DNA of 64,000 nucleotides, taken from NCBI GenBank assembly GCA_021730905.1, contig JAKFYK010000085.1, forward strand, positions 6,884 through 70,883. Reading direction: 5' to 3'. Made by a program: the position numbers and the translations under genes. Of the stretch, positions 1 to 10,453 are shown piece by piece. Origin of the DNA: Betaproteobacteria bacterium. Its GTDB lineage: Bacteria > Pseudomonadota > Gammaproteobacteria > Burkholderiales > SG8-41. Within the stretch, counting starts at the first letter, position 1; each line of letters opens with the position of its first letter. A model generated the notes under the pieces. It made no database searches and was not told the origin of the DNA. It was given only the letters and a program-made list of their open reading frames with translations.

Positions 1-1983
1 ATTGGTCGGATCGATCGCGTGGCCCATGGCCGCGGCCTTGTCCCAGTTCTCGCCAGCGCCTCCCGTCAACGCATTGAAATCCTTGGCCAGCTTGTTGAAA
101 GCGCCCTTATCACCGCGCGCGGCATAGACTTCCAGCAGCTTCAACTGCACGTCCTGACGCTGCGGATCCCTGCTCATGGCCTCCTTGAGGATTTCCTCTG
201 CTTGAGTATCGCGGCCATGATCGATATACACCTGTGCTTCTTCTATCGGATCCACCATGTCCGTCACGTTGGACACCGTGGGTGTTACGGCAGCAGCAGC
301 AGCAACGGCAGCCGTAGCCACGCCCGCAGCAGCAGCCGTATCCACGTTTCCGGTAAACGGTTCCGCCCTGGCCATTGCCGGTTCGTCGTCAACGACCTCT
401 TCGTCCTTCTTGCGGCGGCGCACCGCCCACAGCCCGGCCAGACCCGCAAGCACCGCGGCTCCACCGCCGATCGGCACAATGTTATCCATCACTGTATCCA
501 TGATGCCCGGCGCAGGAGGAGGCGGCGGCGGTGTAACGGCTTTGGCGGGGGCCTTCTTGGGCTCCGGCGGCACTGCCTTGGGTGCGGGTGCCGGGTCGGT
601 TTTAGGTGCTTCCGCAACGGGTTTTTCCGCAGGCGCAGGCGCCTCCGGTGCTTTGGCCTCGGGCTTGGGCGCTTCAGGCGCCTTGGCTTCGGGTTTCGGC
701 GCTTCCGGCGCTTTAGCCTCGGGCTTCGGTGCTTCGGGCGCCTTAGCGTCGGGCTTGGGCGGCGCTTTGGCGTCTGCCTTGGGATCGCCTTTGCCCGCCT
801 GCTGCGCGGCAGCCATGGTCGGGCTCTTCACCTCGGCCAGCTTCTGCATATCCTTTATGGTTTTTTCCAGTATCGCGACGCGCTCTTTGGATTCGGCGAG
901 CGCCTTGTCGCGCGCGGCGAGGTCTTCTTGCAGCGCCCGCACGCGATCAGCCGCGGCCTTGCCATCACCGCCCTTGCCCGCGGCGCCTTCACCTTTGGAA
1001 AGCACAACAACGTCTTTAGAACCGGACGGGGCAGCCTTATCTTCCACGCGCGCGGTGATTTTGCCTTTGGTAGCCGGCGCAGTCGCCGCCACCGCAGGCG
1101 CAGTATCCGCTACCTTCGCGCGATAGGCGTTCCAGTTGGTCGCGTGCACACGCACTTCCTGCGAAGCCTCGCCCGGGGCCATGCCCGCGAGCTGGTCGCG
1201 TTCAGGCACTTTGAGGATTTTTCCGGCCTTCACTAGGTTGATGTTGTTGTTGATAAAGGCATCGGGATTGGCACGCAGCAAGCCGATCATCATCTGATCA
1301 AGCGAAATACCTTCGGGTCTCATGCCTGCGGCAATCTGGCCGAGCGTATCGCCCTGCTTCACCGCATACTCGCTACCAGTGATCGGACGCGACGCCATGG
1401 GCGCGGCAGCGACAGGAGCCGGCGCGGCCGCGGGTTTCGCTGCGGGTGCCATGGCGGGCGCAGCCACAGCCGCCGGCGCGGGGGTTGCCACGGCGGCAGG
1501 CGGTTTCATCGCCGGCGCCGCTTGCGCCAGGGGGGCAGCGACTACGGGCGCGGTCACCGCGGGTGCGGGCGTGTCCATCCCGGGCGGATCCAGCAGCGCG
1601 GAATATTCACGCACTATTTTGCCACCCTGCCAAGCCAATTCCACAAGCATGTCGAGAAACGGTTCAGCGACGGGCCTGGTCGATGTCGCGCGTATGAACG
1701 GCCTGCCATCCGGACCGCGCTCGACCACAAGCCGCATGCCATTCAGCACCGGGTTGTATTGCAGGTTGGCGACGCGGTAAGCATCCGGCGCGGCAAGCCG
1801 CGCCGTCAGTGTCGCAAGTTCTTCTTTCGACACGTTGACCAGTTCGATCTCAGCCAAAAACGGCTGGCCGAGCTGCGACAACACGTTCATTCTCCCCAAC
1901 CCGGCTGCATCGACGATCCCCACATAGGGCATCGAAACGATCAGGCCTGCGGCCACCCATTTTTTGAGTTTGAATTCCCGCAC
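1..1983 (-). CDS. fimV: FimV/HubP family polar landmark protein (3' end runs off the left edge)
   Basis: Absent from the ORF track because there is no stop in the window. Manual translation from GTG at 1983 (AGAGG RBS upstream) gives MREFKLKKWVAAGLIVSMPYVGIVDAAGLGRMNVLSQLGQPFLAEIEL...REYSALLDPP, then LysM-like YAVKQGDTLGQIA...LLRANPDAFINNNINLVKAGKILKVP. Lies downstream of asd, as is typical. Confidence 0.9.
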   Translation of the reverse strand, partial: MREFKLKKWVAAGLIVSMPYVGIVDAAGLGRMNVLSQLGQPFLAEIELVNVSKEELATLTARLAAPDAYRVANLQYNPVLNGMRLVVERGPDGRPFIRATSTRPVAEPFLDMLVELAWQGGKIVREYSALLDPPGMDTPAPAVTAPVVAAPLAQAAPAMKPPAAVATPAPAAVAAPAMAPAAKPAAAPAPVAAAPMASRPITGSEYAVKQGDTLGQIAAGMRPEGISLDQMMIGLLRANPDAFINNNINLVKAGKILKVPERDQLAGMAPGEASQEVRVHATNWNAYRAKVADTAPAVAATAPATKGKITARVEDKAAPSGSKDVVVLSKGEGAAGKGGDGKAAADRVRALQEDLAARDKALAESKERVAILEKTIKDMQKLAEVKSPTMAAAQQAGKGDPKADAKAPPKPDAKAPEAPKPEAKAPEAPKPEAKAPEAPKPEAKAPEAPAPAEKPVAEAPKTDPAPAPKAVPPEPKKAPAKAVTPPPPPPAPGIMDTVMDNIVPIGGGAAVLAGLAGLWAVRRRKKDEEVVDDEPAMARAEPFTGNVDTAAAAGVATAAVAAAAAVTPTVSNVTDMVDPIEEAQVYIDHGRDTQAEEILKEAMSRDPQRQDVQLKLLEVYAARGDKGAFNKLAKDFNALTGGAGENWDKAAAMGHAIDPTN
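639..770 (-). repeat. In-frame 30-bp tandem repeat (about 4 copies) encoding PKP(E/D)AKAPEA in the FimV linker
   Basis: Translation KAPPKPDAKAPEAPKPEAKAPEAPKPEAKAPEAPKPEAKAPEAPAP. Copies differ mainly at synonymous positions. Confidence 0.85.
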
Positions 1984-2200
1984 AGCGCCACCTCTGAATT
2001 TCTAGGATATTTTTGGAATTATTAAATTAACATCAATCAGTTAGCGTTTCAAGCTAAGGTTTTCGATGAATATAGCGTTCTAACAGCACTACCTTTACTG
2101 CATTTTCGGTTTTCAGGTTCACGCAACCACTATCCATTGTGGATTGGATTACGGTAACGTATTCAACAGACTATGTGTATTTGTGAACAAAAAACAACAA

Positions 2201-3391
2201 TCAGGACGCCTTAGCCACCACTCTTGTATCACAAGTATTTGTTTCATTTGATATTTTACTTTTGTCGGCACCCAGCACGATGCGCAGCATGCGGCGAAGC
2301 GGTTCCGCTGCACCCCATAGCAGTTGGTCAGCCACGGTAAACGCCGACAAATACTCGCCGCCCATCGCCAGTTTGCGCAGCCGTCCGACCGGTATATGTA
2401 AACGGCCGGTCACGGCAGCAGGGGTCAATTGCCGCTCGCTTGCCTCGCGCTCGTTGGGCACTACCCGCACCCATTCGTTCGCCGAGGCGAGAATGCGCGC
2501 AATTTCCTCCAGCGGCAAATCACGCTTCAGTTTGATGGTCAGCGCCTGGCTGTGGCAGCGCATTGCGCCCACGCGCACGCACAGGCTTTCGATGGGCGTT
2601 ACCGCTTTGCCGAACGCGTCGCCACGACCGAGGATTTTGTTGGTCTCGGCACCGCCTTTCCACTCTTCAAGCGACATGCCGGTTTTCATGTCCTGATCGA
2701 TCCACGGGATCAGATTGCCGGCCAGAGGTACGCCACGGAAGTTTTCCATCGGCAGCGAGCCGTCGGTCTGCTTGCCCAGCACCTTGCGGTCAATGTCGAG
2801 GATCGATGACGCCGGATCCGCGAGCAAGTCCTGCACCGCGCCATGCACCAGCCCGAACTGCGTCAGCATTTCCCGCATGTGCTGTGCACCACCACCGGAG
2901 GCCGCCTGATACGTCATGCAGGTCATCCACTCCACCAGATCATGCTGAAACAATCCGTGCAGTCCCATCAGCATGCAGCTCACCGTGCAATTGCCGCCGA
3001 TATAGTTTTTGATACCCTTGGCCATCGCCGCCTTGATCACCGACAGGTTCACCGGATCAAGAATAATCACCGCGTCATCTTTCATGCGCAGCGTTTTGGC
3101 GGCATCAATCCAATAGCCGTTCCAGCCAGCCGCGCGCAGCCGCGGATAAATTTCGCTGGTGTAATCGCTGCCCTGACAGGAAATCAGGATGTCCATTGCC
3201 TTCAAATCGGCAACGCTTTTCGCGTCCTTGACCGTGCCAACCGGCTTGCCGATGTCCGGCCCTTTACCGCCCGCCCGTGAAGTCGAAAAGAAAGCAGGAT
3301 CGATCAAATCAAAATCGCGCTCGTCGCGCATGCGTTGCACGAGCACTGAGCCCACCATCCCGCGCCAGCCGATTAAGCCTACCTTATTCAT
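2201..3391 (-). CDS. asd: Aspartate-semialdehyde dehydrogenase
   Basis: [10 protein letters not shown] nucleotide-binding motif, GGNCTVS catalytic Cys, [14 protein letters not shown] near the C-terminus, about 20-aa C-terminal extension. Confidence 0.97.
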   Translation of the reverse strand: MNKVGLIGWRGMVGSVLVQRMRDERDFDLIDPAFFSTSRAGGKGPDIGKPVGTVKDAKSVADLKAMDILISCQGSDYTSEIYPRLRAAGWNGYWIDAAKTLRMKDDAVIILDPVNLSVIKAAMAKGIKNYIGGNCTVSCMLMGLHGLFQHDLVEWMTCMTYQAASGGGAQHMREMLTQFGLVHGAVQDLLADPASSILDIDRKVLGKQTDGSLPMENFRGVPLAGNLIPWIDQDMKTGMSLEEWKGGAETNKILGRGDAFGKAVTPIESLCVRVGAMRCHSQALTIKLKRDLPLEEIARILASANEWVRVVPNEREASERQLTPAAVTGRLHIPVGRLRKLAMGGEYLSAFTVADQLLWGAAEPLRRMLRIVLGADKSKISNETNTCDTRVVAKAS

Positions 3392-3419
3392 AAAAATACC
3401 AATTAAAACAATTAGTTAA

Positions 3420-4484
3420 CTAGAGAGCCGCCACCACCGCATCACCCATTTCCTGCGTGCCCACTTTTTTCGTGCCGTCCTCGTAAATATCCGCCGTGCG
3501 CAGCCCTTGCGCAAGCACGTATTTCACCGCGGCTTCTATACGATACGCCCATTCATCCATATTGAACGTATAACGCAGCATCATGGCTGACGACAATATC
3601 GTTGCCAGCGGATTGGCGATGTTCTTGCCTGCGATATCCGGCGCCGAACCGTGGCTCGGCTCATACAACCCCTTACTGCTGGCGTCGAGCGAAGCCGAGG
3701 GCAACATGCCGATCGAGCCGGTGAGCATCGAAGCCTCGTCCGACAGAATATCGCCGAACATGTTGCCGGTGACAATCACGTCGAACTGCTTGGGGCTGCG
3801 CACCAGTTGCATGGCCGCGTTATCCACGTACATATGCGACAGCGCCACCTGCGGATATTTCTTTGCCACGTCGTTGACGATCTCGCGCCAAAAGCGGCTG
3901 GTTTCGAGCACGTTTTCCTTATCCACCGAACACAGCTTTTTGCCACGCTTTAACGCCGTCTGAAAGCCAACCTCGGCGATGCGGCGGATTTCCGGCTCGG
4001 AGTACAGCATCATGTCGTAGCCTTCACGCTCGCCGCGCGCATTGTCGCGGCGTCCACGCGGCTCGCCGAAATAAATATCACCGGTGAGCTCGCGGATAAT
4101 CATGATGTCCAGCCCCGACACCACCTCGGGTTTCAACGACGACGCACCCACCAATTCGGGATACATGATCGCCGGACGCAGATTGGCGAACAAACCCAAT
4201 TCCTTGCGGATGCGCAAAATGCCCTGCTCCGGACGCTGCGCGCGCGGCAACGCATCGTATTTTGGTCCACCGACCGCGCCGCACAGTACGGCGTCGGCTT
4301 CCTTCGCGAGCTTCAATGATGCTGCGGGCAGCGGATCACCCGACGCGTCAAAGCCAGCGCCGCCAAACGGCGCTTCTCCCATCTCAAGCTTCAACCCGTC
4401 CTTGGCCAGCGCGCGCAAGACTTTCGTCGCTTGAGCAACGATTTCCGGGCCAATACCGTCACCGGCTAAGACTGCGATTTTCAT
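3420..4484 (-). CDS. leuB: 3-isopropylmalate dehydrogenase
   Basis: [54 protein letters not shown]. Start moved to ATG 4484. Confidence 0.97.
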   Translation of the reverse strand: MKIAVLAGDGIGPEIVAQATKVLRALAKDGLKLEMGEAPFGGAGFDASGDPLPAASLKLAKEADAVLCGAVGGPKYDALPRAQRPEQGILRIRKELGLFANLRPAIMYPELVGASSLKPEVVSGLDIMIIRELTGDIYFGEPRGRRDNARGEREGYDMMLYSEPEIRRIAEVGFQTALKRGKKLCSVDKENVLETSRFWREIVNDVAKKYPQVALSHMYVDNAAMQLVRSPKQFDVIVTGNMFGDILSDEASMLTGSIGMLPSASLDASSKGLYEPSHGSAPDIAGKNIANPLATILSSAMMLRYTFNMDEWAYRIEAAVKYVLAQGLRTADIYEDGTKKVGTQEMGDAVVAAL

Positions 4485-4494
4485 TGGCAAATCC

Positions 4495-4548
4495 GTGAAG
4501 GAGTGAAGACGTGAATGGGGTGCCCCTTTCACTCCTTCACAACTTCAC
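4495..4548. repeat. Inverted repeat built from three tandem 8-mers per arm in the leuD-leuB spacer
   Basis: GTGAAGGA GTGAAGAC GTGAATGG ... CCTTTCAC TCCTTCAC AACTTCAC around a central GGGGTGCCCC. Confidence 0.8.
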
Positions 4549-4553
4549 AATCG

Positions 4554-5189
4554 TTAAAAAAGCCAGGGCTGCGCCACCTTATGTTTCGCCTCGAACGCGC
4601 GAATCTTGTCCGCATGCGCCAGCGTGAGCCCGATATCATCCAGCCCGTTCATGATGCAATGCTTGCGGAACGGATCAATCTCGAACTTGAAGCTTTGCCC
4701 GCCAGGCGTGCTCACGGTCTGCTGTTCCAGATCGACCGCCAACCGGTAACCTTCATTGGACGCCGTTTCCTTGAACAACTGATCGACGATTTTCGCGTCG
4801 AATTTAATCAGCAACAAACCGTTCTTCAATGAATTATTGAAGAAAATATCCGCGAAGCTCGGCGCGATCACCGCCTGAAAACCGAACTGCTGCAACGCCC
4901 ACGGCGCGTGCTCGCGTGACGAACCGCAGCCGAAATTCTCGCGCGCCAGCAGCACAGTCGCGCCTTCAAAGCGCTTTTTGTTGAGCACAAAATCCGGATT
5001 CAGCGGGCGCTTGGTATCGTCCTTGCCTGGCTCGCCACGATCGAGATAGCGCCATTCGTCGAACGCATTGGGGCCGAAGCCGGTGCGCTTGATCGATTTC
5101 AAAAACTGCTTGGGGATGATGGCATCGGTATCAACGTTGGCGCGATCCAGCGGTGCCACCAGCCCTTCCTTACGGATAAATTTTTCCAT
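4554..5189 (-). CDS. leuD: 3-isopropylmalate dehydratase small subunit
   Basis: MEKF...[33 protein letters not shown]. Start moved to ATG 5189. Confidence 0.97.
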   Translation of the reverse strand: MEKFIRKEGLVAPLDRANVDTDAIIPKQFLKSIKRTGFGPNAFDEWRYLDRGEPGKDDTKRPLNPDFVLNKKRFEGATVLLARENFGCGSSREHAPWALQQFGFQAVIAPSFADIFFNNSLKNGLLLIKFDAKIVDQLFKETASNEGYRLAVDLEQQTVSTPGGQSFKFEIDPFRKHCIMNGLDDIGLTLAHADKIRAFEAKHKVAQPWLF

Positions 5190-5190
5190 G

Positions 5191-5319
5191 TTATCTATCG
5201 GACTTCCGTTGTATCGCTTCGCCCGCTTTTTCCATGTCCTTGCCAAAGCCGTGCATGGTATTGCAACCCGCCAGAACTACCGCCCACCACGCAATGAGTA
5301 TCACCGCAATTTTCCTCAT
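5191..5319 (-). CDS. Entericidin EcnA/B family small lipoprotein (42 aa)
   Basis: Manual translation [42 protein letters not shown]. Lipobox LAGC followed by the NTxxGxGKD signature, GGAGG RBS, located between leuC and leuD. Confidence 0.88.
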   Translation of the reverse strand: MRKIAVILIAWWAVVLAGCNTMHGFGKDMEKAGEAIQRKSDR

Positions 5320-5330
5320 GATCGCCTCCA

Positions 5331-6737
5331 TCACTTGAAACTGCGCACATCAACGAAATGCCCGGCTATCGCGGCCGCTGCCGCCATTGCCGGACTCACC
5401 AAATGTGTTCTGCCACCCGCACCCTGCCGTCCTTCGAAATTGCGGTTCGAAGTCGATGCACAACGTTCGCCCGGCGACAATTGATCGTCATTCATGCCCA
5501 GGCACATCGAGCAGCCCGGTTCGCGCCACTCGAAACCTGCTTCAGTGAAAATCTTGTCCAGGCCTTCCTGTTCCGCCTGCGATTTCACCAGACCCGAACC
5601 CGGCACCACCATCGCCAGCTTTACATTGCCCGCCACTTTTTTGCCTTTGGCCACTTGCGCAGCAGCACGCAGATCCTCGATGCGCGAATTGGTGCAGGCG
5701 CCGATAAACACCTTATCGATGGCAATTTCGGTGATGGGCGTATTCGCCTTCAAGTTCATATACTTGAGCGCACGCTCCATCCACTCGCGCTGCACTTTGT
5801 CTTTTTCCTGCGCGGGGTCAGGCACGTTGCCGCCTACCGTCGTCACCATCTGCGGATTAGTACCCCAGGTCACCTGTGGCTGAATTTCGGCGGCATCCAG
5901 CGTCACCACGGTGTCGAAATGCGCGCCGTCGTCGCTCTTCAGCGTACGCCAGTAGGTTGCAGCTTTTTCCCATAGTGCGCCGGTGGGCGAGAACATGCGT
6001 CCCTTCAGATACTCGATGGTTTTTTCGTCGCACGCCACCATGCCGGTGCGCGCGCCGGCTTCTATCGCCATATTGCACAGGGTCATGCGGCCTTCCATCG
6101 TCAGGTCGCGTATCGCGCTGCCGGTGAATTCAATCGCGTGCCCGGTGCCGCCAGCGGTGCCGATCTTGCCGATCACCGCCAGCGCAATGTCTTTCGCCGT
6201 AACACCCAGACCGAGTTTGCCCTCGACTGCGATTTTCATGTTCTTGTATTTCTGCATCACCATGCACTGCGTCGCAAGCACGTGCTCCACCTCGCTGGTG
6301 CCGATGCCGAACGCCAGCGCGGCAAATGCGCCGTGCGTGCTGGTGTGCGAATCGCCGCACACCACCGTCATGCCGGGCAGTGTCGCGCCGTTTTCCGGCC
6401 CGATCACATGCACGATTCCCTGGCGTTTGTCGAGAAACGGGAAATAAACCTTGGCGCCGAATTCCTTGATATTCGCGTCCAGCGTTTCCACTTGCAGACG
6501 CGACACCGGATCGGTGATGCCCTTGTCCCAATCCTTGGTCGGCGTGTTGTGATCCGCCGTTGCAACTACCGACTCCACGCGCCATTGCGGACGCTTGGCG
6601 AGTTTCAGGCCTTCATAAGCCTGCGGGCTGGTGACTTCATGCACCAGATGCCGGTCGATATAAAGCAGCGCCGTGCCGTCTTTTTCGACATGCACCACGT
6701 GGGTGTCCCAGAGTTTGTCGTATAAGGTTTTTGCCAT
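5331..6737 (-). CDS. leuC: 3-isopropylmalate dehydratase large subunit
   Basis: [52 protein letters not shown]. Confidence 0.98.
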   Translation of the reverse strand: MAKTLYDKLWDTHVVHVEKDGTALLYIDRHLVHEVTSPQAYEGLKLAKRPQWRVESVVATADHNTPTKDWDKGITDPVSRLQVETLDANIKEFGAKVYFPFLDKRQGIVHVIGPENGATLPGMTVVCGDSHTSTHGAFAALAFGIGTSEVEHVLATQCMVMQKYKNMKIAVEGKLGLGVTAKDIALAVIGKIGTAGGTGHAIEFTGSAIRDLTMEGRMTLCNMAIEAGARTGMVACDEKTIEYLKGRMFSPTGALWEKAATYWRTLKSDDGAHFDTVVTLDAAEIQPQVTWGTNPQMVTTVGGNVPDPAQEKDKVQREWMERALKYMNLKANTPITEIAIDKVFIGACTNSRIEDLRAAAQVAKGKKVAGNVKLAMVVPGSGLVKSQAEQEGLDKIFTEAGFEWREPGCSMCLGMNDDQLSPGERCASTSNRNFEGRQGAGGRTHLVSPAMAAAAAIAGHFVDVRSFK

Positions 6738-6835
6738 GAGTAGTTTGACCGGAATTTCAGATGTAAGTTGCTGTAAATATGTGATTATCTCACAGGAGCC
6801 GGCGCTCTAACCAGCGTGTGTCATTGCGCGCTCCA

Positions 6836-7981
6836 CTAGGCCTCGCTCAAATGTAATTTCCACCACAAAATCAACAACCCGGCGAGCGCCGCGCACGACG
6901 ACAGCGTAAATGTCCACGTCGGCCCCAGCCCCGCCCATGCATAACCGCTGGCAAATCCGCCGAGCGCGCCGCCCACGCCAAACGCAAAACTGCCATACAG
7001 CGCCTGCCCGCGCGCCTGATGCCGTCCGCGAAACAATTTATGAATCACGCCAATGGCTGCTGCGTGAAACGAACCAAACGTCGCCGCGTGCAAGGCCTGC
7101 GCCAGCACCAGCGCCATAAAGTTATCGATCAACCAACCGATCAGCAGAAACCGCAACACGGCACACGCAAAACTCGCGAGCAAAATTTGCCTCAGTGTGA
7201 ACGCCCGATACAAATGCGGCATCCACACAAAAATGCCGATCTCACAAATCACCCCCAGCGCCCACAGCCAGCCTGCCATCGACTTGCTGTAGCCGTGATC
7301 CACCAGATAAATCGTGTAGAACGTGTAATACGGCCCGTGCGCCACCGCCATTAGTGCCGCCGCCGTGACTAGCGCAATCACTTCCGGGCGCTTGAGGATG
7401 TCCCAGATCGGCTGCGTGTCCGAGGCATGCAATGGCGTCTTCGCGTCCGGCACAGCCCAGCACAATGCCAGCATGCACAGCATCAACGTCAACACTATCG
7501 ACAGCACCGCCTGCGGCGGCCGGTGATCGAGCAGATAACCCACGCCGATCACCGCGACAATAAAACCAACCGAGCCCCAAACGCGGATGCGCCCGTAGCG
7601 CGCGGTCTCGTCGCCCAGATGCGTGAGCGTCGTCGCCTCCACCAGTGGCAGTGCTGCGCTCCAGAAAAACATTACCGCCAGCAGCACCACGAACAACCAC
7701 GCGAACTGTGTGCTTGCGTATACGCCCAGCCACGCTACCGTGCCCGCCACACCCGCGAGGCGTGCAATATGCAAACCACTGGTACCGCGATCGGCCAGCC
7801 ATCCCCACAAGTGCGGCGCGACGATGCGCGTGAGTTGTGGCATCGACATCAGCACGCCGATCTCTACCGCTGACATGCCGACCGCATTCAGATACAACGT
7901 GAAAAACGGCGCGAACGCGCCGAGATAGGCAAAGTAAAAAAAATAAAAACCGGCGAGACGCCGGTAGGGTAAGGCAGGCAT
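6836..7981 (-). CDS. MFS transporter (MFS_1_like/HcaT-like)
   Basis: About 12 hydrophobic segments, YGRIRVWGSVGF motif. Confidence 0.85.
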   Translation of the reverse strand: MPALPYRRLAGFYFFYFAYLGAFAPFFTLYLNAVGMSAVEIGVLMSMPQLTRIVAPHLWGWLADRGTSGLHIARLAGVAGTVAWLGVYASTQFAWLFVVLLAVMFFWSAALPLVEATTLTHLGDETARYGRIRVWGSVGFIVAVIGVGYLLDHRPPQAVLSIVLTLMLCMLALCWAVPDAKTPLHASDTQPIWDILKRPEVIALVTAAALMAVAHGPYYTFYTIYLVDHGYSKSMAGWLWALGVICEIGIFVWMPHLYRAFTLRQILLASFACAVLRFLLIGWLIDNFMALVLAQALHAATFGSFHAAAIGVIHKLFRGRHQARGQALYGSFAFGVGGALGGFASGYAWAGLGPTWTFTLSSCAALAGLLILWWKLHLSEA

Positions 7982-8071
7982 GGCAACTGATATTTAATGA
8001 GTTACAAAATAATATAATAAAAACATATACTTACGAATAATTTTATGATTACCCCGCGCGTCAGAGCGGAG

Positions 8072-9043
8072 CTATTCCGCCTTGATCTTGGCGTCCCTGA
8101 TAACCTTGGCGTAGCGCGGAATTTCAGCGCGTAAAAAGGCCGCAAACGCCTCCGGCGTATTCGCGCTGATATCCACACCCATCGATACCAGCCGTTCGCG
8201 AGTCTGCGATTGATTCATAACCTGCGCCGCGTCACGCTGTATGCGGCTGACTATATCCGACTGCGTGCCAGCGGGCGCGAGCAATCCATACCAGGTCGCA
8301 ATGGAAAACCCCTTGAACCCGGATTCCTCGATGGTTGGAATATCAGGCATCAGCGGCGAACGGTTAGCGCTGGTGTTCGCCAGTGCGCGCAGCTTGCCGC
8401 TTTTGGCATGAGGCAGTGCCACCGGCAGGTTGCCGAACATGATCGGTATCTGGCCACCCAGCGTATCAGCGATCGCAGGGCCTTCTCCTTTGTACGGCAC
8501 GTGATTCATACGGACACCAAGCAGCGTATTCAATAACTCCCCCGTCATATGCGGCGTGGAACCGATACCGCCGGAGCCGTACGTCAGCACCCCTGCGCTT
8601 TTCTTTGCATACGCGGCAAATTCGCTGAATGTGCGCACCGGAAAAGAAGGATGCACCACCATCAATAACGGCGTCGATCCCATCAATGTAATCGGCGCAA
8701 AGTCCTTCAGCGTGTCGTAGGGCGCTTTGCCATATAACGCCGGTGCAACGGCAAGCCCCGACTGGAATCCCACCATCAGCGTATAGCCGTCCGGCGCCGC
8801 TTTCGCCACAAACTCGCCCGCGATCATGCCGGTTGCGCCCGGCCGGTTTTCCACTATCGCGCTTTGCCCCCACGTCTCGCTCAGGCGCTGCGCGACCACG
8901 CGTGTGATCACGTCCGTTGCTCCGCCAGCAGAGAGGCCAATCAGGATACGCACCGGCTTGACCGGATAATTTTGCGCAGCAGTGATACCGCTGCCAGCGA
9001 GAAACACGGCCATACCCACTGCAAGACTGCACCACTGTTTCAT
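8072..9043 (-). CDS. Bug/TctC family tripartite tricarboxylate transporter substrate-binding protein
   Basis: YPVKPVRILIG..AGG.TD, VENRPGA.G.IA, HVPYKGEGPAIADTLGG. Signal peptide from ATG 9043. Confidence 0.92.
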   Translation of the reverse strand: MKQWCSLAVGMAVFLAGSGITAAQNYPVKPVRILIGLSAGGATDVITRVVAQRLSETWGQSAIVENRPGATGMIAGEFVAKAAPDGYTLMVGFQSGLAVAPALYGKAPYDTLKDFAPITLMGSTPLLMVVHPSFPVRTFSEFAAYAKKSAGVLTYGSGGIGSTPHMTGELLNTLLGVRMNHVPYKGEGPAIADTLGGQIPIMFGNLPVALPHAKSGKLRALANTSANRSPLMPDIPTIEESGFKGFSIATWYGLLAPAGTQSDIVSRIQRDAAQVMNQSQTRERLVSMGVDISANTPEAFAAFLRAEIPRYAKVIRDAKIKAE

Positions 9044-9198
9044 ACCGTCACTCCTCTCAACGCACGACCTGCCAAATATCTTTGCTGCCCGGCACGAGCG
9101 CATGATTCATTGACAGGGCAAACAGGGTGCTCGCAATGCAGGCAATCACACCAATCCACAACGGAAAGAAACTATATCGTGTCTTCCTCACCCAGCAA

Positions 9199-9219
9199 CG
9201 GGAGACAGACAATCTCCCG
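9199..9219 (-). terminator. Possible terminator hairpin just after the aroC stop
   Basis: CGGGAGA-N7-TCTCCCG stem with only a weak U-tract. Confidence 0.3.
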
Positions 9220-9221
9220 AT

Positions 9222-10385
9222 TCAGGCCTCGTCCGGCTCGGGATTTTCCACCGCTGCGGCAGCACGTAGTTTCGCAATAGCATCCGCCGGCGCCAGCGCC
9301 GCGACCTTCGGCGTAGCGGTAACCACACCGGCATTCTGCGCGCGATGCCGCAATGCGTGATCCATCAGCGTCAGCGCCATCATCGCCTCGCAGATCGGCG
9401 TGGCGCGTATGCCCACGCACGGATCATGGCGGCCATGGGTTTCGATGGTGACAGCGTTGCCCTGTTTGTCGATGGTGCGGCGTGTAAGGCGGATGCTGGA
9501 GGTCGGCTTCACCGCGACATTCACCACGATGTCCTGCCCGGTGGAAATGCCGCCGAGGATGCCACCGGCGTTATTACTCAGGAATCCCTGCGGGCACATT
9601 TCATCGGAATGTTCGGTGCCCTTCTGCGACACCGCCGCGAAGCCCGCGCCGATTTCCACGCCTTTCACCGCGTTGATGTTCATCATGTTGTAGGCGAGAT
9701 CGGCATCAAGCTTGTCGTACACCGGCTCGCCCCAGCCCACCGGCACGCCGGAAGCGACGGTGGTGATCTGCGCACCCACCGAATCGCCGGACTTGCGCAG
9801 TTTGTCCATGAATTCTTCAAGCTGTGCCACCTGCGACGCATCCGCCACAAAGAACGGATTGTCGTACACGCCGTGCCATGACTTGAACGGAATCCTGATC
9901 GGCCCAAGCTGCGACATATAACCGCGGATCACCACGCCATATTTCTCGTGCAGCCATTTGCGCGCGATCGCGCCCGCCGCCACGCGCACCGCCGTTTCGC
10001 GCGCCGATTGCCGCCCGCCGCCGCGGTAATCACGAATGCCGTATTTCTGCCAATAGGTGTAGTCGGCGTGACCGGGGCGGAATTTATCCGCGATTTTCGA
10101 GTAATCCTTGCTCTTCGCATCGGTGTTGCGGATCAGCAAGGCGATCGGCGTGCCGGTGGTTTTTCCCTCGAACACACCGGAAAGAATTTCAACCTTGTCT
10201 TCTTCGCGGCGCTGCGTGACATGGCGCGAAGTGCCGGGCTTGCGCCGATCCAGATCGAGTTGGATGTCGGCTTCACTCAACGCCATGCCCGGCGGACAGC
10301 CATCGACCACGCAGCCGATGGCCGGACCGTGACTTTCGCCGAAGGAGGTGACACAAAAAAGTTTGCCGAGTGTGCTGCCGGACAT
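9222..10385 (-). CDS. aroC: Chorismate synthase
   Basis: [41 protein letters not shown]. Confidence 0.98.
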   Translation of the reverse strand: MSGSTLGKLFCVTSFGESHGPAIGCVVDGCPPGMALSEADIQLDLDRRKPGTSRHVTQRREEDKVEILSGVFEGKTTGTPIALLIRNTDAKSKDYSKIADKFRPGHADYTYWQKYGIRDYRGGGRQSARETAVRVAAGAIARKWLHEKYGVVIRGYMSQLGPIRIPFKSWHGVYDNPFFVADASQVAQLEEFMDKLRKSGDSVGAQITTVASGVPVGWGEPVYDKLDADLAYNMMNINAVKGVEIGAGFAAVSQKGTEHSDEMCPQGFLSNNAGGILGGISTGQDIVVNVAVKPTSSIRLTRRTIDKQGNAVTIETHGRHDPCVGIRATPICEAMMALTLMDHALRHRAQNAGVVTATPKVAALAPADAIAKLRAAAAVENPEPDEA

Positions 10386-10453
10386 GATCGAAAAATCCGA
10401 ATGAAATCAAGCACTAGTTTAACACACGCAGCCTGGCTACCGCGTGTCTACCG

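Noticed and set aside
19-2025. Several long plus-strand ORFs (405, 289, 152, 167 aa)
   Set aside because: They are antisense shadows of fimV, which is on the minus strand and missing from the track only because it lacks a stop in the window.
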